Of a stretch of DNA of 64,000 nt, positions 14,047 to 26,750 are shown one piece after another. The notes under the pieces were generated by a model. The model made no database searches and was not told the DNA's origin. It worked only from the letters and a program-made list of their open reading frames with translations. A program made the translations under genes and the position numbers. Every line of letters starts with the position of its first letter. Positions within the stretch are counted from its first letter, which is position 1. The stretch is from Heterodontus francisci (Eukaryota), in NCBI RefSeq assembly GCF_036365525.1, contig NC_090390.1, positions 54,294,153-54,358,152 on the forward strand. The letters are read 5' to 3'.

Positions 14047-14214
14047 ATTATTTTTGAAATGAATGATTAATTACAGCCTACGTGTGCAGTCGAATGTGAT
14101 TTGAAGGACGATTGCTACCTCACTGAAAGCTAAGTAATCTTTTTATTTGTAAGGAGTGAATTGATGGCTTTTATTGAAAAGAACTAATATAACAAATCTC
14201 AACCACAGTTCTTT

Positions 14215-14550
14215 TTGGACAACAGGTGCCAATAATTGTGCTGCTGTTGCCATTTACAGCTCCTTAAGACACAACTTTTGTTTCTTGTCCCATTACCACT
14301 CCCTTTTGCCTTGCACCATCATCTTTTTTGTCATTTAATTTTTCCTGCCTTCCACCCGATCACAGACCTTCCTTTTTTGTTCTTTCCTCCCTCCCCGCCC
14401 CCCCCTTTCTCTGACTCTATACTTGCATAAAAACTGTTGCATCTCTCCTTCCAGTTCTAACAAAAGGTATTGACCTGAAATATTAACTCCATTTCTGTCT
14501 CCACTGATGCTGCCTGATCTGAGTATTTCCAGCACGTTTTGTTTTTATAG
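14215..14550 (+). mobile_element. Penelope-like 3' region with decayed hammerhead unit
   Basis: Pyrimidine-rich leader followed by the shared unit (...gacctgaaatattaactc...gagtatttccagca). Confidence 0.6.
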
Positions 14551-15164
14551 CTTAACAAAGCATTGTACTTTAGCTAACAATGTGGGTGTTGAGTGTCAGT
14601 ACTGTGTTAATAAATCTTCTAGTTATTTGGCTTACATATTGTTTGAAGGAGATGGAATAAATAGCATTGAATAACTTGGAAGAAGTTGAAGGGAATGTTG
14701 GTTTTACGAATGTAAAAAGCTAGTGGTTTAGAATTTGCATTATATTATTGCAAAATCTAATATTCCCCTTTTTTACAAGACAGTAGTTTTGAGAAAAAAA
14801 TGTCAAAGGGAAAATCTGGCTATTTTTAAGACTTGCACACTAGAGGGTACTCTTGCTTTATATCCACGATCTGTTGCCAACTGATTAAGGTGTCCATAAT
14901 AAGATAATAATTACACCCATTTTGCATTAAAGCCTGGAAATGACTGATTAGTGATTGGATGTTTTACCGAATATTATAACAGAATCATTAATGCATTAAA
15001 ATAAAGCAACACTGTTAAATAGTAGAAAAAGGGGTGTCATGAACAAAGGTAAAGAGATGGAAACAGGCCATTCGGCTCAACAGTCTGTTTTGGTGCTCAC
15101 CCTTCATGTGAGCAAATGGTCATAATCACATTGCCCACACTGTTCTCATATCCCTCCATCCTAG

Positions 15165-18100
15165 TCGGTTCCTTAACATACTGCTCTAGAAAACTTTCCC
15201 TAACACACTCCAGAAACTCATCCTCCACAGCATTAGTGCTCATTAGGTTTACACAGATTGAAGTTACCCATGATTACTGTATTACCCATGCTGCATGCTC
15301 TTTTTTTATTCATTCATGGGATGTTGGCGTCGCAGGCCAGGCCAGCATTTATTGCCCATCCTTAATTGCCCTTGAGAAGGTGGTGGTGAGCTGCCTTAGT
15401 GAACTGCTGCCGTCCAGGTGAGGTATGTACACCCATAGTGCTGTTAGGAAGGAAGTTCCAGGATTTTGACCCAGCGACAGTGAAGGAATGGAGATCTAGT
15501 TCCAAGTCAGGTTGGTGTGTGACTTGGAGGGGAACTTGCAGGTGGTGGTGTTCCCATCCATTTGCTGCCCTTGTCCTTCTAGTTGGTACAGGTCACAAGT
15601 TTGGAAGGTGCTGTCTCAGGAGCCTTGGTGCATTGCTGCTGTGCATCTTGTAGATGGTACACACTGCTGCCACTGTGCGTCGGTGGTGGAGGGAGAGAAT
15701 GTTTGAGGATGGGGTGCCAATAAAGCAGGTGGTTTTGTCCTGGATGGTGTCAAGCTTCTTGAGTGTTGTTGGAGCTGCTCCCACCTAGGCGAGTGGAGAG
15801 TATTCCATCACACTCCTGACTTGTGCCTTGTAGATGATGGACAGGCTTTGCGGAGTCAGGAGGCGAGTTACATGCTGCAGGATTCCTAGCCTCTGACCTA
15901 CTCTTGTAGCCACGGTATTTATATGGCTACTTCAGTTCAGTTTCTGGTCAATGGTAGCCCCGAGGATGTTGATAGTGGGGGATTCCGCAATGGTAATGCC
16001 ATTGAATGTCAAGGAGAGATGGGTAGATTCTCTCTTGTTGGAGATGGTCATTGCCTGGCACTTGTGTGGCGCAAATGTTACTTGCCACTTATCAGTCCAA
16101 GCCTGGATATTGTCCAGGTTTTGTTGCATTTCTACATGGACTGCTTCAGTATCTGAGGAGTCGTGAATGGTGCTGAACATTGTGCAATCATCAGCAAATA
16201 TCCCCACTTCTGACCTTATGATTGAAGGAAGGTCATTGATGAAGCTTCTGAAGATGGTTGGGCCTAGGACACTACCCTGAGAAACTCCTGCAGTGATGTC
16301 CTGGAGCTGAGATGATTGACCTTCAACAACCAGGACCATCTTCCTTTGCGCTATGTATGACTAACCATCAGAGAGTTTTCCCCCTGATTCCCATTGACTT
16401 CAGTTTTGCTAGTGCTCCTTGATGCCATACTCGGTCAAATGCTGCCTTGATGTCAAGGGCAGTCACTCTCACCTCACCTCTTGAGTTCAGCTCTTTTGTC
16501 CAAAATTGAACCAAGGCTGTAATGAGGTCAGGAGCATGCGTGGCCCTGGTGGAACCCAAACTGAGAGTCACTGAGCAGGGTATTGCTAAACAAGTGCCGC
16601 TTGATGGAAATGTTGATGACACCTTCCATCACTTTACTGATGATTGACCGGGTTGGACTTGTCCTGCTTTTTGTGTACAGGACATACCTGGGCAATTTTC
16701 CACATTGCAGTGTAGATGCCAGTGTTGTAGCTGTACTGGAACAGCTTGGCCAGGGGCCTGGCACGTTCTGGAGCACAGGTCTTCAGTACTATTGCTGGAA
16801 TATTGTCAGGGCCCATAGCCTTTGCAGTATCCAGTGCCTTCAGTCGTTTCTTGAGATCACGCGGAGTGAATCGAATTGGCTGAAGTCTGGCATCTGTGAT
16901 GCTAGGGACTTCAGGAGGTGGCCGAGATGGATCATCAACTCGGCACTTCTGGCTGAAGATTGTTGCAAATACTTCAGCCTTATCTTTCGCACTGATGTGC
17001 TGGACTCCCCCATCATTGAGGATGGGGATATTTGTGGAGCCACCTCCTTCAGTTAGTTGTTTAATTTCCACCACCATTCACGGCTGGATGTGGCAAGACT
17101 GCACAGCTTAGATCGGATCCGTTGGTTATGGGATCGCTTAGCTCTGTCTATCTCATTCTGCTTTATGCAGTTTGGCACGCAGATAGTCCTGTGTTGTAGT
17201 TTCACCAGGATGACACCTCATTTTGAGGTATGCTTGGTGCTGCTCCTGGCATGCCCTCATGCACTCTTCATTGAACCAGGGTTGCTTCTCTGATCTCCTG
17301 ATTAATGCCATGCCCCACACTACCACAACTGTTTGGAGGCCTATAAAGAACTCCTACCCTTTGCAGTTTTTTAGCTCCACCCAAACAGATTCCACCATTT
17401 TGTTCTTCCGATTTAGGATCCTCCCTTACTGATGTACTGATCCCATCCCTTATCAGCGCAATACCAGCTCCTTCTCCTTTTCCTTTTTGCTTGTCCTTCC
17501 TAAATGTCGACTATCCTTGAATATTCAGTTCCCAGTCTTGGTCACGCTGTTGCCATGTTTCTGTTATGGCAATTAGATCATACCCATTTACCTCTATTTG
17601 GGCCTTTAATTCATCTACCTTGCATTCAGGTAGAATGCCTTTAACCTTGTCTTCTTGATATTCTGCATTCTAAGCCTAGTTGATGCTCACCTTTATTTTG
17701 CCTGCCTTCCAATGTCACTTGCTACTTTTCTACCTCCTGTTACCAGCTTTACTTCCTTCCAATTTGAGCTACCCTTCAGTTTCCCACCCCCCTGACAAGC
17801 TAGTTTAAACCCTCCCCAGCAGCACTAGCTAATCACCCTGTGAGGATCTTAGTTCCGGTCCTGTTAATGTGTAGCCCGTCCATTTTGTACAGGTCGCAGC
17901 TATCCCAGGTCCCAATGCCTCAGAAATCTGATGCCCTCCCTCCTCCATCAATTCTCCAGCCACTTGTTCAATCGATCAATCCTCTTATTCCCAAACTTCT
18001 TGCACGTGCACTGGGAGTAATCCTGAGATTACTGCTTTGGAGGTCCTGTTTTTTAATCTCCTTCCTTACTCCCTAAAATCTGTTTTCAGGACCTCAGCCT

Positions 18101-18545
18101 TCTTCCTACCCATGTCATTGGTACCAATGTGGACCACGACCTCTGGCTGTTCACCCTCCCCCAGAAGGATGTCCTACAGCTGCTCTGTGACATCCTTGAC
18201 CCTGGGAGGCAACACACCATCCTGGAGTCATGTTTACTGCCGCAGAAACGCCTGTCTGATCCTCTGGCTATCAAATCCCCTATCACTATTGCTCTTCCTC
18301 CCCTCCTGTGCAGCTCAGCCACCCATGGTGCCACGGACTTTGCTCTGGCTGCACTTCCCCGAGGAACCATCAATCTCACCATTGTCCAAAATGGAAAACC
18401 GATTAGCAAGCAAGATAGACTCGGGACTCCTGCACTGCCTGCTTGGTTCTCTTAGACTGCCTGGCAGTCACCCATTCCCTCTCTGCCTGTATGCTCCTAA
18501 CATGTGGTGTGACTACCTCCTTAAACATGCTGTCTCGCGGATGCA
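15165..18545 (-). mobile_element. CR1 5' half (SGNH-esterase ORF1 ~17800-18410, EN remnants) split by family-B LINE
   Basis: AIVIGDLIARG...MVCCLPG esterase motif in ORF 18086-18409. Confidence 0.8.
15300..17290 (-). mobile_element. Family-B LINE, ~2 kb
   Basis: KAMGPDNIP, LDIKAAFDRVWH, QGSVLGP, FADD motifs. 3' tail at 15300. Confidence 0.92.
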
Positions 18546-18659
18546 CAAGTTATGCTGTTTCTTAGCAGAGGGAGTTACACACTGGTTTCCTGGGGTAAGT
18601 TAATGTAAGTATTTTTGGTGCAACTCTGGTTGACTTGAGTGTGGAAACTGTAAGTTGCT

Positions 18660-18905
18660 CTTCCCTGCCCATCCCAGAAACTTCAGTGCAATAGTTGCAT
18701 AATCCCTTACGCACTCTGCAGATACTGGGTGGCAGCAGAACACTGGCAGTTTCCATTAAACTACTTGACAGCATCAGTTCATATTGACACTATCTTTGCC
18801 CACTGGACACCAAACCAGGTGTGCAGGCAGAAGCACAACTGGCTTCTTGGATGAAGACCTCCAAGCTCTCCTCCAACAGGTACAAGCCAGGAGCGTCACA
18901 CTCCT
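18660..18905 (+). mobile_element. Possible Harbinger Myb/SANT-like gene 5' fragment
   Basis: FLDEDLQALLQQVQAR resembles Myb/SANT-like N-termini (recall only). Confidence 0.35.
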
Positions 18906-19059
18906 GGGTCATTTTGTCACCATTCTCAGTTATGGTGCCTGCAGGGAACTGGCACTGGAACTGATTCCCAACTGCTCTCACCCAGGGATTTGAACTGATA
19001 ACTTCTGGGTTACTAGTTTATTAGTGTAGCCACGAGGCTACCGTACCCTCTAATTGCTA

Positions 19060-20260
19060 GTCTATGCCAACAAATGAAGTAACTGGTGTGTAATTTCCTG
19101 GCATATCCATTTTTGAAGAGGGAAGTTACATTTACCATCGTCTAGTTGTCAGCCAAAGTTTTCCATTCCATAGAATTTTGGAAACTGATAGAGCCTAATT
19201 TTTTTACCCTCCCTAAGCTTCCCTCAGGTATAAACTCGGGTCCCAGGGATTTGACTACCTTGGGTTTGAGTAATTCCTTTAGTGCAATCTCTCATTCATA
19301 GTAACTGTCACTGATCTGTTCTACTCTCACCTCTGGTGGTTCTACAGTTCAAACTCCACCTCCACTGTGAGAACTGAGACAAAGTACTCAGTTAGTGTCT
19401 TTACCACTTCCTTGCTCTCCACTACAAGCTTACCTCCTTCACCCTCCACAGCCTTGCACCTACTTTGATTATCATCTTACCATGTATGTGCCTTTAGGAA
19501 GATTTTTTTTTTACAGTCCCCTTTGCCTTTCTGATCTCGCTTTTTATAGCTTTCTGATTACCTTTGTATTTCCTTTAATTCCCAATCTACATTCTTATTT
19601 AATATTTTCCACTTTCATTTAATTTGGGGAGGTCCCTTTTTATTTATTTATTTTTTAACCAACAGCTGGTCTACATTCTCATCTGCCTCCTTCCGGCCCT
19701 TGAAATTCTCTTCTTTTCAAGTTCACCGTATGAACAGAAATTTATATTGTGGCCACTGTTTTGCAAATGCTGCCCTGTTTTTAGGTCACCTATTTGTTCT
19801 GCCTGATTATGTATTTAAAATCTCACACACTCGTGGTCTGTTGCTTGATCTGCCAGAAACTCCAAGCAATTAATTTGGGCTAGATCCTCCTTCATCACTT
19901 AAAATGAGCTCATTTCTTGTTTAACACTTTGTAAGTAAATGAGTCGAAGATCAATATAAACCTAATTAGGTTGTGGTCAGTATTTCTCAAGTGTTCTCCC
20001 AAATTCAGGTAATCTACATGCCCCATTTCGCTACCAAGAATCAGAACTACCGTTTGTTGAGGCATTCTGCAAACAGACTTCTGTCTTATCACAATCTGCC
20101 CTTGGGATAGTTTGAAATCCTGTAACTACTCGAAACCTCTTCCATTACCTACAAATCTCGCTCTTGATTGCTTTACTGTTATTCAGTGTTAGGTGCAGTG
20201 CCATTATAAGAGCAGATCCATTACTATTTTTCAATTAAACCCAAACTTTAAGCACAGCCA
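19060..20260 (-). mobile_element. Old CR1 EN/tether fragment
   Basis: LGEHLRNTDHNLIRF endonuclease motif in ORF 19910-20092. Confidence 0.6.
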
Positions 20261-20269
20261 TCAACAAAA

Positions 20270-20860
20270 CCTTCCCTTCTGCAGGCTTTCTGGCAGTCTT
20301 CCCAATGCAACAAGCATTTCGTTATGCATGCCCATCAGCATTCTTCTGTAAGAGCCCCATCATGTTGCTCATCTGAGTCCTCTGTGGCAGAACTCATGTG
20401 CTACCTCAGCCTCCAGAGAGCTCGCAACTGTGCTATCCTTGCCCTCTGCCCTGGCTACAGCCCACTTGTGCCCAGTGTCTCACCATGTGCGGATCCCATC
20501 TCTATGCTATTCTTTAAATTATGTGCAGTGCCAGTATCAAAGCTGGTGGCAGCAAGTGTGAAATCAAGTGATAGTGCTGTGTCGTCTTCTTCACTCTCTT
20601 GTGTTCCTCCATTGCCTGGACAGGTTGTACTTCTTGGGTATCTGAAAGGAGAAGGGCACAAGGGTAAGGTTGTGGTGCAGGGAGGGGAGAAGAGGTGCAT
20701 GCTTATACCATCTGCAAATTTTAAATCAGAAGAGTGTGTGAGATGAGGGGGAGGTGGGATGTGAGAAAGTGGATTAGATATGAGAATACTGCCATCTTAG
20801 ATGGCATCAGTGCCTCCACTGGCATCTCCCTCAGCAATGGGTATTCCAATAATGGTCAGC
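20270..20860 (-). mobile_element. Probable Harbinger accessory (Myb-like) gene fragment
   Basis: Composition and exon-like layout similar to 49900-51300. Low-complexity acidic/Ser-Thr ORF. Confidence 0.4.
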
Positions 20861-20877
20861 ACTTTCTCCCCTATGCT

Positions 20878-22078
20878 TTTTTAAAATTCATTCATGGGAT
20901 GTGGGCGTCACTGGCCAGACCAGCATTCATTGCCCATCCCTAATTGCCCTTGAGAGGATGGTGGTGAGCTGCCTTCTTGAACTGCTGCAGTCCATGTGAG
21001 GTAGGTACACCTACAGTGCTGTTAAGAAGGGAGTTCCAGGATTTTGACCCAGCGACAGTGAAGTAACGGTGATCTAGTTCCAAGTCAGGCTGGTGTGTGA
21101 CTTGGAGGGGAACATGCAGGTGGTGATGTTCCCATTCATTTTCTGCCCTTGTCCTTCTAGTTGGAAGAGGTCGCGGGTTTGGAAGGTGCTCTCTAAGGAG
21201 CCTTGGTGCGTCGCTGCAGTGCATCTTGTAGATGGTACACACTGCTGCCGCTGTGTGGCGGTGGTGGAGGGAATGAATGTTTGTGGATGGGGTGCCAATC
21301 AAGTGGACTGCTTTGTCCTGGATGGTGTTGAGCTTCATGAGTGTTGTTGGAGCTGCACCTATCGAGGCAAGTGGAAAGTATTCCATCACACTCCTGACTT
21401 GTGCCTTGTAGATGGTGAACAGACTTTGGGGAGTCAGGAGATGAGTTGCTCACAGCAGGATTCCTAGCCTCTGACCTGCTCTTGTAGGCACGGTATTTAT
21501 ATGGCTACTCCAGTTCAGTTTCTGGTCAATGGTAGCCCCTAGCATGTTGATAGTGGGGGATTCAGCGATGGTAATGTCATTGAATGTCAAGGGGAGATGG
21601 TTAGATTCTCTCTTGTTGAAGATGGTCATTGCCTGGCATTTGTGTGGTGTGAATGTTACTTGCCACATATCAGCCCAAGCATAGATATTGTCCAGGTCTT
21701 GCTGCATTTCTACACGGACTGCGTCAGTATCTGAGGAGTCGCGAATGCAAAACTGGACATACCTGGGCAATGTTCCACATTGCTAGGTAGATGTCAGTGT
21801 TGTAGCTGTACTGGAACAGCTTGGCTAGGGGCGTGGAAAGTTCTGGAGCACAGGTCTTCAGTATTATTGCTGGAATATTGTCAGGGCCCATAGCCTTTGC
21901 AGTATCCAATGCCTTCAGCCGTTTCTTGATATCACGCGTAGTGAATCCAATTGGCTGAAGACTGGCATCTGTGTTGCTGGGGACTTCAGGAGGAGGATGG
22001 GATGGATCAACTTGGCACTTCTGGCTGAAGATTGGTGCAAATGCTTCTGCCTTATCTTTTGCACTGATGTGCTGGGCA
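20878..22078 (-). mobile_element. Family-B LINE with internal deletion at ~21750
   Basis: Same motifs as the 15300 copy. Central RT segment is missing. Confidence 0.9.
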
Positions 22079-22294
22079 TATTCGAACCTCTCTGGTTAGC
22101 TCCTGCTGCCTCTGGCTGTGAGGTCAATGAACTTCTTGCAACACTTCATCCAGGTCCTCAGGGCATAACCTCTGGCATTGACCTCCATAGCTCTCTCTTC
22201 CCACTACCTAATTTAAATTCTATCCCCCTGCCTTATTTACCTTCTCCGTGAGGACAATGGTGCTGCTTTGATGAAGTTTATTCCATTTTTAAAA

Positions 22295-22575
22295 AGAAAA
22301 ATCATTCACAGGATGTGGGCATCGTTCTCACGTCCAGCATTTTATTGCCCATCACTAATAGCCTTTGAGAAGGTAATGGTGAGCCCCCTTCTTGAACTGC
22401 TGCAGTCCATGTGGTGAAGGTGCTCCCACAGTGCTGTTGTACATGGAAATCCAGGATTTTGACCCAGTGACTATGAAGGAACAGTTTTATATGTCCAATT
22501 CAAGATGGTGTGTGACATGGAGTGGTGTTCCCATTGCACCTGCTCCCCTTGTCCTTCTAGGTGGTAAAGATCAGA
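22295..22575 (-). mobile_element. Family-B LINE 3' end
   Basis: Shared 3' tail. Confidence 0.75.
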
Positions 22576-22582
22576 TGCCTAG

Positions 22583-23492
22583 TGTTACAACCAGGTTAGA
22601 AAAGTGTCTAGGAGTCTTTCTCAGCCTTCACCTGGTCTTGCAGTAACAGGATTTAATTTTAAACACACTGTGTTTTGAGCTCCCCCTTGGTGTGAATCCT
22701 TGTTCACCACTTCCCAATTGTAAGGCAAAGAAATGAGCACAAAGATTTAAAGAAGAAAAATGAAGTTTATTAAAACATAAACTTAAACTCTAATTCGGTT
22801 AATGCCTATAGATACAGGCCGCGCCCCATACTAGCATGCATACGTGATACACACATGCAAATAGAGACAGAAAAGAGCAGAAGAAAAAATAGAGAGATTT
22901 GAGACAATATCAGAAGAGGTTCTTATTACTGTGCTTCGAGCTCACTGTAGTCCTTTTGTAGGTAGTCTTGCTTTTCGTTGGGGCCCAGTATTCTTCTTAA
23001 ACCTTGTTCACTGTAGGAAACTTTTCTCTCTTGGTGTTCATGTGTCTTCAATGGGTCTTCCGTTCCATTAGAAAGAGATGGGAGCAGACAGGAGAGAGAT
23101 GTTCTCAGTCCAGGAGCAAAGAGCTTTCTGAGTTTCAAACACTCTGTGGCAAGTTCAAATTCAAAAGACTCCAATAGCCAGTTATTCATGTGACTAAACT
23201 GGTCTGACCACGTCTGTTTGTGTATTCAGCCATCTTAGCAGTTAACCTGGAATGCTAGCCCCTCCACCCTCAACATCTGATAATCAAAAGTCTATTGTGG
23301 ATTGAATGTGTCAGGAAGTGGCCCCTTTGTCCTTTCCAAGTGCTGTCTGTTACTATGCAAATGTATTTCCGGTCAAGGGCTTGGCAACACCTTGTGATAG
23401 GCCCTCATTTCTTCCCAGCAACAATTTTAAGTTTTAACGTTCATGTGGCTAAATATGTGTCTTCTTCTTGGCAAGTGGGGGCCTACATGACA
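22583..23492 (-). mobile_element. Solo LTR, same family; flanks ctag/cgag
   Basis: tgttacaa...catgaca termini. Confidence 0.85.
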
Positions 23493-23544
23493 CGAGGTTG
23501 AAGGTGAGTGGTCCAGCAGTTTGAATATTCTTGTATTTCTTTTG

Positions 23545-23865
23545 TATTAGTTTGATACAGCTGAATGGCTTGCTAGGCCATTTCAGAAGGCAGTTGAGAG
23601 ATGAACATTGCTGAGAGTCTGGAGTCACATATGGGCCAGACAGGGTAATGATGGCAGGTTTTCTTCCCTAAAGGGCATTCGTGAATCAGTTGGGTTTTTC
23701 TGACATTCTGATAGCTTCATGGTCACCATTACTGAGATGAGCTTTTTATTCCAGACTTGTTTAATTGTTTTTATTAAAGGGAATTCAGGCTCACCAACTG
23801 CCATGGTGGGATTTGTCGAAGTCTCTGGATTAGTAGTTCAGTACTAACCGTTGCGTTACTGCATC
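23545..23865 (-). mobile_element. SacSINE1-like Deu-domain SINE
   Basis: Homologous to 24285-24657. Confidence 0.65.
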
Positions 23866-24284
23866 CTGGATATCTGCAGCTGTAGAACCTTCCCTTCCCC
23901 AGAATCCATCTCAATGCCAAGATATCTTAAACCATGTCCTCTACACATAATCAGCCAAACCAGGCATTGAAATGTCTAATCTGATACTCCTGAGCTAGTT
24001 GTGTGGCAAAGGAAGTCAATCCAAGATTATTACCCCTAAGACACTGCTCTTGAATTTAATTCCTAGCTCTTCAAACTTCCTTTGGAACACTTCCACCCTC
24101 TCATGCTTCTGGCATTGCTTTCAATTTAAACCATGATTCCACTGTCTCATACCAGAATATTCTCCACCTGCTTAATGTCCCATATTTTGGCATTTGATAC
24201 AAAAGACTAATAAACGTTGATTGTATGTCTCCCACCTAATGATTTGCTCCATGATGCTATGCTGTTGCTGATGAATTCCCTTGT

Positions 24285-24657
24285 TTTCTTTTATTCATTT
24301 ATGGGATTTGGGCATCGCTGGCCATGCCAGCATTTATTGGTCATCCCTAATTTTCCTTGAATTGAGTGGCTTGCTACACCATCATAGGGCATTTAAGAGT
24401 CAACCACATTGCTGTGGATATGGACTCATATGTAGGCCAGACCAGGTAAGGATGGTAGATTTCCTTCCCTAAAGGGAATTAGTGAACCAGTTGGGTTTTT
24501 ACAACAATCGACATGGTCACGAGCTTTTAATTCCAGATTTATTAATTGAATTCAAATTTCACCATCGGCTGTGGTGGGATTTGAAACCATACCCCCAGAG
24601 CACTAACCTGGGGCTCTGGGCTACTAGTCCAGTGCCATTACCACTATGCCACCACCT
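24285..24657 (-). mobile_element. SacSINE1-like Deu-domain SINE, near full length
   Basis: tRNA-like head (ggtggcatagtggtaatg...ggtttcaaatccc) and a 3' tail matching the family-B LINE tail. Confidence 0.75.
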
Positions 24658-24794
24658 CATAAGTATCAAGAAAACTATAAGACAACTTCAGACTCCTGTA
24701 TTGCCTCCATCTGAGACTTACTTCTCCATTTCCCTTCCACCTGGTGGTCACTCAATTCTCTTTCTCTGCCTCTCTTGTTTCTTCTAGCTCCTAT

Positions 24795-26250
24795 TGGGCG
24801 GAATCTTCCCAGTCCCACCAAGGTGGATTTGAAGGCAGGACTAGGCGCAAACTTTGACATGATGGTGTCCGGTTGGTGACCCAACACATTCCCACCTCCA
24901 GGTGATCTTGCTGGAGGTGGGATCATACTGGTGATTGCTACCTGCCCAGGAATGGCGTGTAGCCAATTAAGTAGCCACCTGGGGCCAGATTGCTGATGCT
25001 GCTGGGATCATGTTGGTGGCAGTTAGGCCCACTGCTGAGTCTTAATCCTGACAGATGGCTAGAGGTGGCCTCCAGGATGCAGGCCAGGGGCCACTGAGGC
25101 CTCCGTAACATCCCCCCTTCCCCAAAGCCACGTCTGCCAGAGGGACACAACTGCGCTCACACTTATTTTCAAGTATTTTTCACAACTTCAGAGGGTGCCT
25201 CCATCTTGAGGCATCCCCGCTGTCTCCCTCCTACAGCGGCAATAACCACCTCTCCCAGTGGGACTGCCAGCCACCCAGAGCCTCGGGTGATCACACTGGT
25301 CGTCCTGCCCGTCATCCCTAATAGGACAGGGCACCTGGAGGCAGCCTTTAATTAGCCACCTCTGGGAAGATTGCATGGGGGAGGGACTCTTAAATCATTG
25401 GAGATGTGATCCACATTTGTCCCCAATAGAAGAATAGTTTTAACAGCAATAAAATTCTCCTGTTGGGTATGTTCCAGGAAAATGGGTATGCCCTGCGGTT
25501 AAGTGCAGAAATTCTTCGGGCTGAAAGCTTGGGTTCCCTCCATGCACCTCCTAACCTCCGCCTCTGGAGGTCAGGAAATACCAGCGCTAGCCGGCATGTC
25601 ATTTTTCAGCACATTGTTTCCCAGCAGCAATGCTCACCATGACGGGGGAGGAGGTCCAGTGCTCACATCACCTTCTGATTGAAGCCACTTAAAGCACGTT
25701 AAGAAACTCATTAAGAGCTTATGAGAGGTGAGGGTGGAATTTTGAAAGGGGCGAACAGGTTGCAAGATCTGTCCATTTCTGAGCAGTTGAAGGGAGGCGG
25801 CCACAGAGTGGGCAGCCAGCCATTTCTGCCCCAGGGAATCACCTCAGCCCCATAAGAGGGTCAGTGGGGCAAAGGAGGACTTGGCATTTGGTAAGGAGGT
25901 ACCCTTGGTGCTATGCAGGTGCCAGGAAGAGTGGGCACTCAGCATTAGGACATTGAATGGGGATATCGCTCCCCCCACCTCCGGCATCGCAGCAGCAGAA
26001 AAGCAGGAGCCAAAGCTGCCAGGGACAATTGGACAGCCACCTGTCCAAAAGGAAGACTGCAGCTGGCAATGGGGGCATGACTGCCAAATCTTGGGCCCAG
26101 CGGTGATGAGGGGCAACACACTCTGCAGAAAGGGCAGAGCCCCAGACGGCATGAGAGCAGTGAGGAAGAATGAGGGGCAGGAAGAACACAGGGACCATAC
26201 ATGGAATCTACCACTGAAGATACAGCTACCTGAAGATGACCACAAGAGAC
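24795..26250. mobile_element. GC-rich probable non-autonomous Harbinger-type DNA transposon remnants
   Basis: gggcggaatcttccc terminus-like motif and GC-rich body. No TIR pair verified. Confidence 0.35.
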
Positions 26251-26256
26251 TGTGAC

Positions 26257-26474
26257 TTTTTTTTTTATTTCCAAAATATACTTTATTCATAAAAATCTGT
26301 AAAAATTACATTGCCAAACAGTTTCCAAACAGCACGAAAAAATACAAACATTGCAAGGGAGATCAGTTTCCTTCAATACTGTCATGTGTTTCTTCCCAAC
26401 CCTTCCGTTTCACAATTGTCATGTCAATTACAGTTTTACATTTACAGCAATTGAGAATATTAACGATACAGTTC
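26257..26474 (-). mobile_element. Tx1-like LINE 3'-UTR-only insertion with poly(A)
   Basis: 26267-26474 matches 26770-26977 with 2 mismatches in 208 nt. Confidence 0.92.
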
Positions 26475-26750
26475 TTCCAAGTATCAGCTGCAGACCTTAG
26501 TGGCACTGCAAACAGCATCTAACTGTCAATTAGGTCCCGCTGCTCCACAGGTCACATCAAATCAAAGAAAGCAGCAGCCGAATTGAAACAACCTAGTAAT
26601 CCCCGAATGAGGCAAACCAAACCAGGTATCTTTAGATCTCTTTTCAGCTGCTAACACGCAGCTGTGTCTTTCTGTCTCTGAACAAAACAGTTTTTTTGCC
26701 AGCCAGTTTCAAAGTCAAACGACAACATTGTATGTACTGTTCTCCCTCGC

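Noticed and set aside
25844-26290. Overlapping 95-148 aa ORFs
   Set aside because: Low-information GC-rich repeat remnant with no splice structure or domain recognised.
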